NCBI GenBank assembly: GCA_965216055.1
Contig: OZ244134.1
Location: 520,781 to 584,780, forward strand
Direction: 5' to 3'
DNA length: 64,000 bases
Origin: Salinisphaeraceae bacterium
GTDB lineage: Bacteria; Pseudomonadota; Gammaproteobacteria; Nevskiales; Salinisphaeraceae
Each line of letters begins with the position of its first letter. Within the stretch, counting starts at the first letter, position 1. The translations under genes and the position numbers were made by a program. This document shows, piece after piece, positions 1 to 9,729 of this stretch. The notes under the pieces are model-generated. The model was given only the letters and a program-made list of their open reading frames with translations. It was not told the DNA's origin and searched no databases.

Positions 1-872
1 CGGCAGAACTGCAGGTAATCGCGCACCGTGGACACCAGCCCGTGGCCGCCCCGCGCGGGCGGGTCAGCCGCCAGTTCCCGGCTGTCATCGGACCCGGCCA
101 GGCGCCGGATCCTGCCGGCCAGCGCATCGCCGAACCAGGCGGAGACGCTGACCTCCGGTTCCAGCACGTCGTGCGAGCCGTACATCGCGGCGAAGCGCTC
201 CCGCTTATCCGCCGGCACCCCGAAGCCGGTGTCGACCATGCCCAGCGGCTGGAACAGTTCATCGCGCAGGAAATCGCCGAAGGCCTGCCCGCTCATCACC
301 TCCACCAGCCGCGCGACCACATCTTGCGAAAAGCCGTAGCGCCAGCGGGTGCCCGGATGAAAGGCCAGCGGCTGGCGGGCGATGTCGTCGACGAATTCCG
401 CCAGCGGCTTGTCGCTGGCCACGCGCTGCTCGCGGTACCGTGCCTCCACCGGGCCGTTTTCGAGAAAATGATAGGTAATGCCCGAGGTGTGCGTCAGCAG
501 ATCGCGAATGGTCATCGGGCGGGCTGGCGGGACGGGCCCCTCGTCGCTGTGTACCAGGACGTCGGCGAAGGCCGGCAGAAACTTCGCGACCGGCTCGGCC
601 AGCTGAAAATGCCCGCGCTCGTAGAGCATCATCAGCGCCACGCAGGTCACCGGCTTGGTCATGGAATAGATGCGGAACAGCGCATCCTCGCGCATCGGCA
701 GACCTGCCTCGCGATCCAGATAACCGATGCACTGGGTGTCCACCACGTCGCCATGACGGGCCAGCAGGGTCACCGCGCCCGCCATGCCTTGCTCGTGCAC
801 GTGCTTTTCCAGCGCGGGGCGGATGCGGGCCAGACGCTGCGGGCAAAGGCCGAGGCGTTCGGAATCGGTCAT
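1..872 (-). CDS. Serine hydrolase, beta-lactamase/class C-like family (runs off the left edge, 3' end missing)
   Basis: Manual translation from ATG at 872: MTDSERLGLCPQRLARI...DALFRIYSMTKPVT, containing the SxxK motif. Absent from the ORF track because the stop lies outside the window. Confidence 0.85.
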   Translation of the reverse strand, partial: MTDSERLGLCPQRLARIRPALEKHVHEQGMAGAVTLLARHGDVVDTQCIGYLDREAGLPMREDALFRIYSMTKPVTCVALMMLYERGHFQLAEPVAKFLPAFADVLVHSDEGPVPPARPMTIRDLLTHTSGITYHFLENGPVEARYREQRVASDKPLAEFVDDIARQPLAFHPGTRWRYGFSQDVVARLVEVMSGQAFGDFLRDELFQPLGMVDTGFGVPADKRERFAAMYGSHDVLEPEVSVSAWFGDALAGRIRRLAGSDDSRELAADPPARGGHGLVSTVRDYLQFC

Positions 873-1001
873 GGGGCGGTTCCTTGTATGAATCAGCCTG
901 GATTGTAAGCCCCGGGGCTGTCCGTCGGCCGGCACTGGCGTATCCTGCGCGCCGGACTCACGCTCGCGGCCGCCCCCGGCCGGCCACGCCATGCCCCGCT
1001 C

Positions 1002-2876
1002 ATGCTGATCAAGCTTCGCGACATCCAGTTGCGCTACGGCACCACCGTCCTGCTCGACGGGGTGGAATTCCAGATCGCCGCCGGCGAGCGGGTGGCCTTC
1101 GTGGGCCGCAACGGCTCCGGCAAGTCCACCCTGATGCGCATCATCGACGGCGAGATCCAGGCCGACGACGGCCAGATCGAGGCCCGCAGCGACCTGCGCA
1201 TCGCGCGACTGGAACAGGAAGTACCCGCCGGCGTCGGCGGCAGCGTGTTCGAGGTGGTGGCCGGCGGGCTGGGTGACGTCGGCCGCCTGCTCGGCCGGTA
1301 TCACGAACTGATCCACCGCATGGGCCAGGGCGAGGATGTGGGCGACGCGCTCGGCGAGGCCCAGGCGAAGCTCGATGCCGCCGATGCCTGGACCATGGAC
1401 CAGCGGGTCGAAGCCACCCTCACGCGCCTGCGGCTGACCGGGGAGGTGGATTTCGCCACCCTGTCCGGCGGCGCCAAGCGCCGCGTGCTGCTGGCCCGGG
1501 CGCTGGTGCGCGATCCCGAACTGCTTCTGCTCGACGAGCCCACCAACCATCTGGATATCGAGGCCATCGACCAGCTCGAGCAGATGCTGCTGGACTGGCC
1601 CGGCGCGCTGCTGTTCATCACTCATGACCGCGCCTTCCTGCGGCGGCTGGCCACCCGCATCGTGGAACTCGACCGCGGCCGGCTGACCTCCTGGCCGGGC
1701 GACTACGACAAATACCTGGCCGGCAAGGCCAAGGCCCTGGAAGACGAGGCCAAGGCCAATGCGCTGTTCGACAAGCGCCTGGCTCAGGAAGAAGTCTGGA
1801 TCCGCCAGGGCATCAAGGCGCGGCGCACCCGCAACGAAGGCCGCGTGCGCGCGCTCAAGGCGATGCGCGAGGAACGCCGGGAGCGCCGCGAACGCACCGG
1901 CAGCGCGAGGATCGCCATGCAGGACCCCAGCCGTGCCGGCAAGCGGGTGCTGCTGGCGGAGGATCTGGCGTTCGCCCACGAGGGCAAGCCGATCATCCGC
2001 GACTTCTCCACCCTGATCCAGCGCGGCGACAAGGTCGGCATCGTCGGCCCCAACGGCAGCGGCAAGACCACCCTGATCCGCCTACTGCTCGGCGAGCTCG
2101 CCCCGCAGGCAGGTACGGTGACGCCCGGCACCAATCTGGAAATCGCGCATTTCGACCAGCACCGGGCCGCGCTGGACGACAACGCCACGGTGGCCGAGAA
2201 CATCGGCCAGGGCCGCAACGAGATCACCGTCAACGGCCAGCGCAAGCACGTGATGAGCTATCTCCAGGACTTCCTGTTCGCCCCGGACCGCGCCCGCTCG
2301 CCGGTGCGGGTGCTGTCCGGCGGCGAACGCAACCGCGCGCTGCTGGCCAAGCTGTTCACCCGTTCGGCCAACCTGCTGGTGATGGACGAGCCCACCAACG
2401 ATCTGGATATCGAAACCCTGGAACTGCTCGAGGAACTGCTGGTGCAGTTCACCGGCACCCTGCTGCTGGTCTCGCATGACCGGGCGTTTCTCGACAACGT
2501 CGTCACCAGCACCCTGGTATTCGAGGGCAACGGCCACGTCGGCGAGTATGTCGGCGGTTACAGCGACTGGCTGCGCCAGCGCCCGGCCCCGGCAACCACG
2601 CGGGCACCGGCGCGCAAGCCGACGGCTTCGACCAGGCCCGCGGCGCCGAAACCGGCGCTGTCCAGCCCGGAACGCAAGGAACTGCGCGACCTGCCCGCCC
2701 GTATCGAGAAACTCGAACAGCGCATCGACGAACTGCAGGCCCTGTTCGCCCGTCCCGATTACTACGACGGCGACCCGGCGGAAATCCGCGCGGCCGGCGA
2801 AAAGCTGGCCGCCGCCGAGCGCGACCTGGAATCCGCCCTGGCCCGCTGGGAGGAACTGGAGCAACGCGCCGGCTGA
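1002..2876 (+). CDS. uup: ABC-F family ATPase Uup
   Basis: Two ABC domains (GRNGSGKST, LSGG, LLLDEPTNHLD; GPNGSGKTT, LSGGE, MDEPTNDLD), linker QEEVWIRQGIKARRTRNEGRVRAL and a C-terminal coiled coil. Confidence 0.93.
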   Translation: MLIKLRDIQLRYGTTVLLDGVEFQIAAGERVAFVGRNGSGKSTLMRIIDGEIQADDGQIEARSDLRIARLEQEVPAGVGGSVFEVVAGGLGDVGRLLGRYHELIHRMGQGEDVGDALGEAQAKLDAADAWTMDQRVEATLTRLRLTGEVDFATLSGGAKRRVLLARALVRDPELLLLDEPTNHLDIEAIDQLEQMLLDWPGALLFITHDRAFLRRLATRIVELDRGRLTSWPGDYDKYLAGKAKALEDEAKANALFDKRLAQEEVWIRQGIKARRTRNEGRVRALKAMREERRERRERTGSARIAMQDPSRAGKRVLLAEDLAFAHEGKPIIRDFSTLIQRGDKVGIVGPNGSGKTTLIRLLLGELAPQAGTVTPGTNLEIAHFDQHRAALDDNATVAENIGQGRNEITVNGQRKHVMSYLQDFLFAPDRARSPVRVLSGGERNRALLAKLFTRSANLLVMDEPTNDLDIETLELLEELLVQFTGTLLLVSHDRAFLDNVVTSTLVFEGNGHVGEYVGGYSDWLRQRPAPATTRAPARKPTASTRPAAPKPALSSPERKELRDLPARIEKLEQRIDELQALFARPDYYDGDPAEIRAAGEKLAAAERDLESALARWEELEQRAG

Positions 2877-2960
2877 GGTGACTGGCACCGGCCACACAAT
2901 CGTTGCACCATGCCCGCCGGGGGACAACCGCGCCGGACCAACGATTACAGGGTCACGCAC

Positions 2961-3542
2961 ATGAACGAGCGCGACGATCTCACCGGGCTGCTCTCCCGCA
3001 TGCGGGACAACTTCGACGGTGACCACTTCACCATCCAGGAAATGATCGAGGCGATCGAGGATCGCGGCTTCGGACCGCTGCTGCTGGCCCCCGCCCTGTT
3101 CGTGATGCCGCCAATTGGTGTGATTCCCGGCGTACCCACCCTGATGGCGCTGGTCATCGTGCTGCTGGCCGGGCAACTCGCCCTGGGCAAGCGTCACCCC
3201 TGGCTGCCGCGTCGACTGCGCGAGATCACCATCGAGCGGGACAAGTTCGACCTGGCCTACGACAGGATCGTGCCGGTCACCCGGCGCATCGACCGCTTCC
3301 TGCATCCCCGGCTGCGATGGCTGACCCGGCCACCGGCACCGCGGCTGATTGCGGTCGCCTGCCTGCTGCTGGCGCTGTGCATGATTCCGCTGGAACTGGT
3401 GCCCTTCGCCGCGGTCGTCCCGGCCGCAGCCATCGCCCTGCTGGCGCTGGCCCTGTCGGTGCGGGACGGCTGGCTGATCCTGCTGGCCGCGGCCATCGTC
3501 GCCGCCGGATTCCTGACCGGCTTTGTGCTGAACGGCGCCTGA
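2961..3542 (+). CDS. exoD: ExoD-family membrane protein (exopolysaccharide synthesis)
   Basis: EDRGFGPLLLAPALF...PGV motif and hydrophobic helices. Start taken at MNERDD (2961). Confidence 0.8.
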   Translation: MNERDDLTGLLSRMRDNFDGDHFTIQEMIEAIEDRGFGPLLLAPALFVMPPIGVIPGVPTLMALVIVLLAGQLALGKRHPWLPRRLREITIERDKFDLAYDRIVPVTRRIDRFLHPRLRWLTRPPAPRLIAVACLLLALCMIPLELVPFAAVVPAAAIALLALALSVRDGWLILLAAAIVAAGFLTGFVLNGA

Positions 3543-3550
3543 TTCAACCC

Positions 3551-3572
3551 CCTCTCCCGCTGGCGGGAGAGG
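3551..3572. repeat. REP-like palindrome CCTCTCCCGC-TG-GCGGGAGAGG between convergent genes
   Basis: Perfect 10-bp inverted repeat seen directly. Resembles the widespread CCCTCTCCC...GGGAGAGGG extragenic palindrome class. Confidence 0.6.
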
Positions 3573-3595
3573 ACCGGGGAAAGGGTGGGAATGTT

Positions 3596-4774
3596 CTACA
3601 ACAATCGCCGCATCGCCAGCAGCCCGATCACCGGCCCCGGTATCAGCACCCACATCATGTAGTCCGGCTGCACCACGTGGCGCAGCAGTTCCACCAGCTG
3701 CAGGCTGACGATGGTGATGGCGAAACCCATCGAATTGACGAAGGTCAGCGCGGTGCCCACCGAGCGCCGCGGCGCACTGCCGGCCACCAGGGTGGAGAAC
3801 TGCGGCGAATCCCCGGAAACCGTCATCCCCCAGAACAGCAGGAACGCCAGAAACACCGGCGTGGGCGCCTGCAGCAGCCAGGGCGAGGCTACGCAGGCCG
3901 CGCCCGAACAGGCCAGTTGCACGAAGGCCACGCGGGCGCTGCCCAGCCGCCGCGAGAGCATCCCCCCGCCGATGCAGCCCACCGTCCCGGCGGCAATGGC
4001 GAAGAACGACCACAGCGATACACCGACGTCCGGTGCTCCGACCAGATCGATGTGCAGCGCCAGCAGTACCGGGAAGAAGGCCAGTACCGGGTACAGCTCC
4101 CACATGTGGCCGAAATAACCGAAGGCCGCGGCGCGCAGGTTGCGGTCGGAGAATGCGTCGGGGATGGCGCGCGGATCGAATGGCGACGGCCCCGGCAGAT
4201 GGGGCCCGGCCGGCACGAACAGATAAACCGCCAGCCCACCGGCCACTGCCAGCCCGGACACCGCCGCCATCACCCCGCGCCAGGGCAGGTCGCCGCCCAG
4301 GGCCTCGATCAGATGCGGAAACGCCGTGCCCAGCACCAGTGCCCCCACCAGATAGCCGAGGGCCCCGCCCAGCCCCTCCGCATACCAGGAGGCCGCGATC
4401 TTCATCCCCACCGGATAGATGCCGGCCAGGAAGAAGCCGGTGGCGAAGCGCAGCACCAGCAGCGGCCACAGGCCCTCCGGCACCACGAACACCCCGGCGT
4501 TGCAGGCAGCCCCGAGCAGCGCGCAGACCAGGAACACCGTGGACGGCGAAAAGCGGTCGGACAACGTCAGGAGCGCGAATACCAGCGTGCCGGCGACGAA
4601 GCCGAACTGCACGGCGGAGGTCACCAGACCCACCGCGTTGGCCGGCAGATCGAACACCACCTGCAGATCGGGCAGCACCGCGTTGGCGGCAAACCACAAC
4701 GAGGTGGCCGCGAACTGCGACAGGACGATTACCGGCAGGATCCAGGCCGGGCGCTGGCTGGCGGAGGCGGTCAT
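3596..4774 (-). CDS. MFS transporter
   Basis: About 12 hydrophobic segments and an MFS-like LSDRFSP loop, 392 aa. Confidence 0.85.
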   Translation of the reverse strand: MTASASQRPAWILPVIVLSQFAATSLWFAANAVLPDLQVVFDLPANAVGLVTSAVQFGFVAGTLVFALLTLSDRFSPSTVFLVCALLGAACNAGVFVVPEGLWPLLVLRFATGFFLAGIYPVGMKIAASWYAEGLGGALGYLVGALVLGTAFPHLIEALGGDLPWRGVMAAVSGLAVAGGLAVYLFVPAGPHLPGPSPFDPRAIPDAFSDRNLRAAAFGYFGHMWELYPVLAFFPVLLALHIDLVGAPDVGVSLWSFFAIAAGTVGCIGGGMLSRRLGSARVAFVQLACSGAACVASPWLLQAPTPVFLAFLLFWGMTVSGDSPQFSTLVAGSAPRRSVGTALTFVNSMGFAITIVSLQLVELLRHVVQPDYMMWVLIPGPVIGLLAMRRLL

Positions 4775-4792
4775 GCGGCGACTCTAGCAGGC

Positions 4793-5974
4793 CTACACGA
4801 CCTGGCCCGCGGCATGTCCCGAGGCCCAGGCCCACTGGAAGTTGTAGCCGCCCAGATGGCCGGTCACGTCCAGCACTTCGCCAATGAAGAACAGTCCCGG
4901 CACCCGCTTCGACTCGAAGCGGCTGGACGACACCTCGTCCACGTCCACCCCACCGAGTGTCACCTCCGCGGTGCGATATCCCTCGGTACCGGCGGGCAAG
5001 AATGGCCAGGCATGCAGGCGTGCGGCCGTCGCCCGGATATCCGCCGGCTGCAATTGCCGCAACGGTCGGTCGGGCAGCGCCAGTTCGACCAGTTGCTGAG
5101 CAAGCCGGCGGGGCAACACTTGTCCCAGCACGCTGCGCAGCCCGGCATCCGGACGCGCGGCACGGCGTTCGGTCAGCCAGGCCTCGGCGTCGCGGTCGGG
5201 CAGCAGGTCCACCGTGGCCGTATCGCCCGGCTGCCAGTAGGACGACAACTGCAGAATCGCCGGCCCGCTGATGCCGCGGTGGGTAAACAGCAGGCCGGCG
5301 TCGAAGCGATGGCCGCCGGCCTCGGTGGCGGCGGGTAACGCCACGCCGGCGAGATCGGCGTAGCGGTCGCGTTCCGGCGGTTCGAAGGTCAGCGGCACCA
5401 GCCCGGCCCGCGTGGGCTGCAGGCGATGACCGAATTGGCGGGCCAGCTCGTAGCCGAAACCGCTGGCGCCCATCTTCGGAATCGACAAACCGCCGGTGGC
5501 GACCACCAGGGATTCCGCCGTGAACGGCCCCAGCGCCGTGGGCACGCGGAATCCGCCATCCTCCAGCCGGGTGACCGAACCCACGTCGGCACGCACTTCG
5601 ATGCGCACCCCGGCCGACTCGCACTCTGCAAGCAGCATCGAAACGATCTGCTTGGCCGACTCGTCGCAGAACAGCTGGCCCAGTTCCTTTTCGTGCCAGG
5701 CGATGCTGTGGCGCTCGACCAGCGCAATGAAATCCCACTGGGTGTAGCGGGCCAGCGCCGACTTGCAGAAATGCGGGTTGGCGGAGAGGAAGTTCTCCGG
5801 CGTGACATCCAGGTTGGTGAAATTGCAGCGCCCGCCGCCGGACATCAGGATCTTCTTGCCGACCCGGTTGCTGCCCTCCAGTACCAGCACCCGGCGCCCG
5901 CGCCTGCCGGCCTCGATGGCACACATCAGCCCGGCGGCCCCGCCGCCGAGCACGATCACGTCCGGGTCCGTCAC
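4793..5974 (-). CDS. NAD(P)/FAD-dependent oxidoreductase, BaiN/YhiN (HI0933) family
   Basis: VIVLGGGAAGLMCA, GKKILMSGGGRCNFTN, AEVTLGGV and GHLGGYNFQWAWASG. Start taken at GTG 5974. Confidence 0.92.
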   Translation of the reverse strand: MTDPDVIVLGGGAAGLMCAIEAGRRGRRVLVLEGSNRVGKKILMSGGGRCNFTNLDVTPENFLSANPHFCKSALARYTQWDFIALVERHSIAWHEKELGQLFCDESAKQIVSMLLAECESAGVRIEVRADVGSVTRLEDGGFRVPTALGPFTAESLVVATGGLSIPKMGASGFGYELARQFGHRLQPTRAGLVPLTFEPPERDRYADLAGVALPAATEAGGHRFDAGLLFTHRGISGPAILQLSSYWQPGDTATVDLLPDRDAEAWLTERRAARPDAGLRSVLGQVLPRRLAQQLVELALPDRPLRQLQPADIRATAARLHAWPFLPAGTEGYRTAEVTLGGVDVDEVSSSRFESKRVPGLFFIGEVLDVTGHLGGYNFQWAWASGHAAGQVV

Positions 5975-5982
5975 TGGCCGGG

Positions 5983-7260
5983 CTAGGACTCCGCGGCGGC
6001 CTGCCGCAAACGCTCCAGCAGGGCGAAGGTGGCAAAGCCGTCCGGGATCAGACCGATCGACGCCTGGAACTGGCGCAGGGCGCCGCGGGTGTTGGGCCCC
6101 ATGATGCCGTCCGGCGTGCCGGCATCGAAGCCGGCATCGTTGAGCAGGCCCTGCATTTCCTCGATCTGATCGCGTGACATCGCCGCCAGCCCGCGCGGCC
6201 ACTCGGCGACCAGCGGACCGGCGCCGGCAATGCGATCGGCCAGCCGACCCACGGCCAGCGCATAGCTGGTGGCGTTGTTGTAGCGCAGGATGGTGCGAAA
6301 GTTCGGCCCCACCAGAAATGCGGGACCACGGGCACCGCCCGGGGTGATGATGGCGGCGTCATCAAGCCGGGGCAGCGAGCCGCCGGACGCCGGACGCACG
6401 CCGGCGGCGGCCCAGCCCGAGGCGGACCGCCGGGTGCGCCCGTCGGCGCTGGCGTAGTCGAAGCCTTCCGGCAGACGCACTTCCAGCCCCCAGGGATCGC
6501 CGGTATCCCAGCCGGCTTCGGCCAGGTAGTGAGCGGTGGAGGCCATCACGTCGGGGATGCTGCCCCAGATGTCGCGCTTGCCATCGCCGTCGCCGTCCAT
6601 CGCGTAGGCCTGGAAGCTGGTGGGGATGAACTGGGTATGACCCATGGCCCCCGCCCAGGACCCGCGCATGCGGTCGGCGCTGATGTCGCCGCTGTCAAGG
6701 ATCTCCAGCGCCGCAAACAACTGCTTGCGGGCGAAGTCGCGGCGGCGGCCGTCGTAGGCCAGGGTGGCCAGGGCATCCACCGTGCGGGTGTCGCCGAAAT
6801 TGCCGCCGTAGTTGCTTTCCAGCCCCCAGATGGCGACCAGAATTTCGGGCCGCAAACCGTAACGCGTGGCCGCCGCCTCGATGGCGTCACGATGCTCGGC
6901 CAGACGGTTGCGGCCGGTTTCCACCCGGGTATCCGACACCGCGGTATCCAGGTAATCCCATATCTGCCGGGTGAACTCCGGCTGGGACCGGTCCAGTTCA
7001 ATCACTCGCGGCAGGTACTCGGCGCCATCCAGCGCGGTGGTCAGGGTTGCGTCCGCAATGCCGCGGTCGAGCGCCTCGCGGCGGAAGCCGGCCAGCCAGT
7101 CCCGGAACGACTCGCGCGGCGGTTCCGCCGCTTGCGCAGCCGGTGCGGTGGCCCCGGCGGATGCATCCGAGCGGGCTGCCTCCGCGGGCGCATTCGACGA
7201 CGGCGTGGCCGCGCAGCCGGCGACCAGCAGGGCGGCGACGACAGTGCCGGGTTTTTTCAT
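5983..7260 (-). CDS. Lytic murein transglycosylase (MltB/Slt35-like lipoprotein) with C-terminal peptidoglycan-binding domain
   Basis: Lipobox VAGC, AIWGLESNYG, GSWAGAMGHTQFIPTS and PDGIMGPNTRGALRQFQ. Confidence 0.9.
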   Translation of the reverse strand: MKKPGTVVAALLVAGCAATPSSNAPAEAARSDASAGATAPAAQAAEPPRESFRDWLAGFRREALDRGIADATLTTALDGAEYLPRVIELDRSQPEFTRQIWDYLDTAVSDTRVETGRNRLAEHRDAIEAAATRYGLRPEILVAIWGLESNYGGNFGDTRTVDALATLAYDGRRRDFARKQLFAALEILDSGDISADRMRGSWAGAMGHTQFIPTSFQAYAMDGDGDGKRDIWGSIPDVMASTAHYLAEAGWDTGDPWGLEVRLPEGFDYASADGRTRRSASGWAAAGVRPASGGSLPRLDDAAIITPGGARGPAFLVGPNFRTILRYNNATSYALAVGRLADRIAGAGPLVAEWPRGLAAMSRDQIEEMQGLLNDAGFDAGTPDGIMGPNTRGALRQFQASIGLIPDGFATFALLERLRQAAAES

Positions 7261-7320
7261 GGGATGTGACTCGGGCTTTCGGTGATCCCGAATCCTACAA
7301 CGAAACGACCGGCCGACCGG

Positions 7321-8838
7321 TTACCGGAAGTGCCAGTTCAGGCCGATGGTGGCTTCCAGGAAATAGAACTCGCCCTGGATATCCTGATCCCGCGGGTCGA
7401 TCCCGAAATTGTCGCCGCCGGCGACGATCGACGCCACGCCACCCTCGATATGGCTTAACGGGTTCTTGCCCACCAGCCGGTTCACCGGGGAATAGGCCAG
7501 GGCCACGTCCAGGCCCCAGGATCGGCCGAAGCGCCAGCTCAGGCCGGCGGTGTAGTGATACTCGTTGACCGCGAACGCCAGCGTGCTGAGCAGAATGTCG
7601 GAACTGCGCACCGGTTGGGTGTTGTTGCTGAAGCCCAGGCGCCAGGTGGTGCTACCGCGCCGGTACTCGTAGCCGAACTTGTAGACGGTCACGTCGCGCC
7701 AGCCGAAGCCGGGGGCGTTGTCGCCGCCCAGACAGGTGTCGAAATCCACCGGCCCGCCCAGCAGCACCGGCCGCACGCAGCCGTTGACGAACCGGTTCGG
7801 CCGCAGCCGGTTGCCCAGGGCGGCGACGTTGCTGAAGTTGATGCGTTGGTAGTCGATCAGCAGGCGATGGCGCGGTGCCGGGGTCAGCGCGATGCCGACG
7901 TTGAAACTGGAGGGCACGTCGAACGCGCCATCGCGGGCGAACAGACCGCGGTACTTGTCGAATTCGGTGGCATGCGTGCGCGTCTGGTACGACGCCCCGA
8001 GCCGCACCCAGGCCGTGGGCTCGTAGGCAACGCCCACCCGCACGCCGAGACCGAACGAATAGTCCTTGCCGTTCTCGGTGACGCGGTCCGGATTCTGGGA
8101 AAACCGCGCGAAGGCCCCCAGCCCGGAGGCATCGAAGCGCTGCACCATGAACAGCGGCGCGACGCCGACCCGCAGCCGACCGAACCGTCGGGCGTAGGTG
8201 GTGGCCACGAATAGCTGGGTCAGGTTGACCAGCGTGGTGGACGAGCCGTTGCCGCACAGCCCCAACACGCCGGGCTGGCCGATGTTGCCGCCGCCACCGA
8301 AGATGCCCTCGCAGCGTTCGGCCACCGGCAGCAGATTGGTGGCGTCGCCCTGGGCGAAGCCGCCGCTGCCGCGGGTGAATTTCGGATTCAGGCCACCGTT
8401 GCCGTAGATGGCCACGCCCCAGGCGGCGTGCTCGTCGATGCGGCGGGCAAACGCGACGCCGGGAATCGGGAAATACTTGTTCGCACCCTGGTTACCGCCG
8501 AACCGGCGCCCCGCCTGGTCCGTCGGATTCATCTGGAACAGCCCGGCCCCGGTAACCGGCTCCAGGTCCGGCTCGTTGACGACGTTGAGCGTGCCGATGG
8601 GAACCAACAGGCTCAGGTCCAGATCGAGCCGGTCGTCGCTGTCCGCGAGCAGCGCGGGATTGATGGACCCGGCGAACGCGTCGTCCGCGCCGGCAGTCCC
8701 GGCGCCGGCCAGCGCCCGCTGCTGCGCGCTGTAGCCGTGCAGAAAATAGCCGTTGGCGGCATGCGCCGCACCGCCGGCCAGCACCAGCAATGCCAGCAGC
8801 CCCGCGACAAGACAGCGGCCCGGCGTCTGCCTGTCCAT
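7321..8838 (-). CDS. FadL/OmpP1/TodX-family outer-membrane transport protein
   Basis: Signal peptide, then ANGYFLHGYS...ALAGAG...INPALL N-terminal hatch motif, YGNGG, and a C-terminal aromatic beta-signal (LNWHFR). Confidence 0.85.
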   Translation of the reverse strand: MDRQTPGRCLVAGLLALLVLAGGAAHAANGYFLHGYSAQQRALAGAGTAGADDAFAGSINPALLADSDDRLDLDLSLLVPIGTLNVVNEPDLEPVTGAGLFQMNPTDQAGRRFGGNQGANKYFPIPGVAFARRIDEHAAWGVAIYGNGGLNPKFTRGSGGFAQGDATNLLPVAERCEGIFGGGGNIGQPGVLGLCGNGSSTTLVNLTQLFVATTYARRFGRLRVGVAPLFMVQRFDASGLGAFARFSQNPDRVTENGKDYSFGLGVRVGVAYEPTAWVRLGASYQTRTHATEFDKYRGLFARDGAFDVPSSFNVGIALTPAPRHRLLIDYQRINFSNVAALGNRLRPNRFVNGCVRPVLLGGPVDFDTCLGGDNAPGFGWRDVTVYKFGYEYRRGSTTWRLGFSNNTQPVRSSDILLSTLAFAVNEYHYTAGLSWRFGRSWGLDVALAYSPVNRLVGKNPLSHIEGGVASIVAGGDNFGIDPRDQDIQGEFYFLEATIGLNWHFR

Positions 8839-9011
8839 GGTTCCCCCTTGGCGCCGCGCAGCAGGCCGTACCGGCTGCCGACCTCATGATCCCTCGGTCG
8901 TCCCGGCTACCCTACCGGTGGAAAACACCGGGCGCGACCCGGATGCGCTGGCCGACCCGGCTTCCGCACCCGCATACTCGTACCCCTGTCTGTAAGCGAG
9001 GCCGGCCCGCC

Positions 9012-9584
9012 ATGCGAATCCTGCTGTCCGCCGTGCTGATGATCATCTGCACCATCGCCACTGCCGACGATAACGACGCGCTCGAACGCGAAGTCGAACA
9101 GGTCGTCGCCACGCTGCTCACGGAGTTCAAGACGGCGCTGACTACCGCGATGAAGGAAGACGGCCCGCCCGCCGCCGTGGGCGTGTGCCGCGACGTGGCG
9201 CCGGGCATTTATCGCGATATCGCGCTGGCCCGGGGCTGGCGCGTGACCCGCGTGGGTACACGCGTTCGCAATCCGCTGTTCGGCACCCCGGACGCCTGGG
9301 AGCAGGCGGGGCTGGCCGAATTCCGCCAGCGTCAGGCCGACGGCGAAACGCTGGAAAGCATGACGCGCAGCGAGACGGTGCGCGAACCCGGCGGCCGCTA
9401 CTACCGCCATCTGAGCGCACTGGGCACCCAACCCGTGTGCACGACCTGTCACGGCCCGCGCGACGAAATCGCCCCGGACATCCGCGCCATGCTGGACGAG
9501 CAGTATCCCCACGACCGCGCTGTTGGTTATGCGGCCGGCGATCTGCGGGGTGCGGTCAGCGTGAAGGTGCCGCTGGCGGATTGA
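9012..9584 (+). CDS. DUF3365/Tll0287-like periplasmic monoheme c-type cytochrome
   Basis: Signal peptide, RNP...PDAWE, CTTCHG heme-c motif and YPHDRAVGYAAGDLRGAVSV. Confidence 0.85.
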   Translation: MRILLSAVLMIICTIATADDNDALEREVEQVVATLLTEFKTALTTAMKEDGPPAAVGVCRDVAPGIYRDIALARGWRVTRVGTRVRNPLFGTPDAWEQAGLAEFRQRQADGETLESMTRSETVREPGGRYYRHLSALGTQPVCTTCHGPRDEIAPDIRAMLDEQYPHDRAVGYAAGDLRGAVSVKVPLAD

Positions 9585-9729
9585 GCCGGATTCATCGTCG
9601 GCGCAGAACCCTCAGCCATTCTTCCGCCCCGCCGAGACCGGCTTCGTATTAAACTATGCAACGCAGGCCGCCTTTCGTCGCGGCCATTCTCCGGGCGCCG
9701 ATCGCGCGCCCCGCCGCTACAGGCCCGTC

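Noticed and set aside
2082-6035. 1317-aa minus-strand ORF and similar long overlapping ORFs (e.g. 3317-5338, 26445-29135, 39939-41810)
   Set aside because: Shadow frames of real genes in high-GC DNA: Arg/Gly/Pro/Ala-rich, with no motifs, overlapping well-supported genes.
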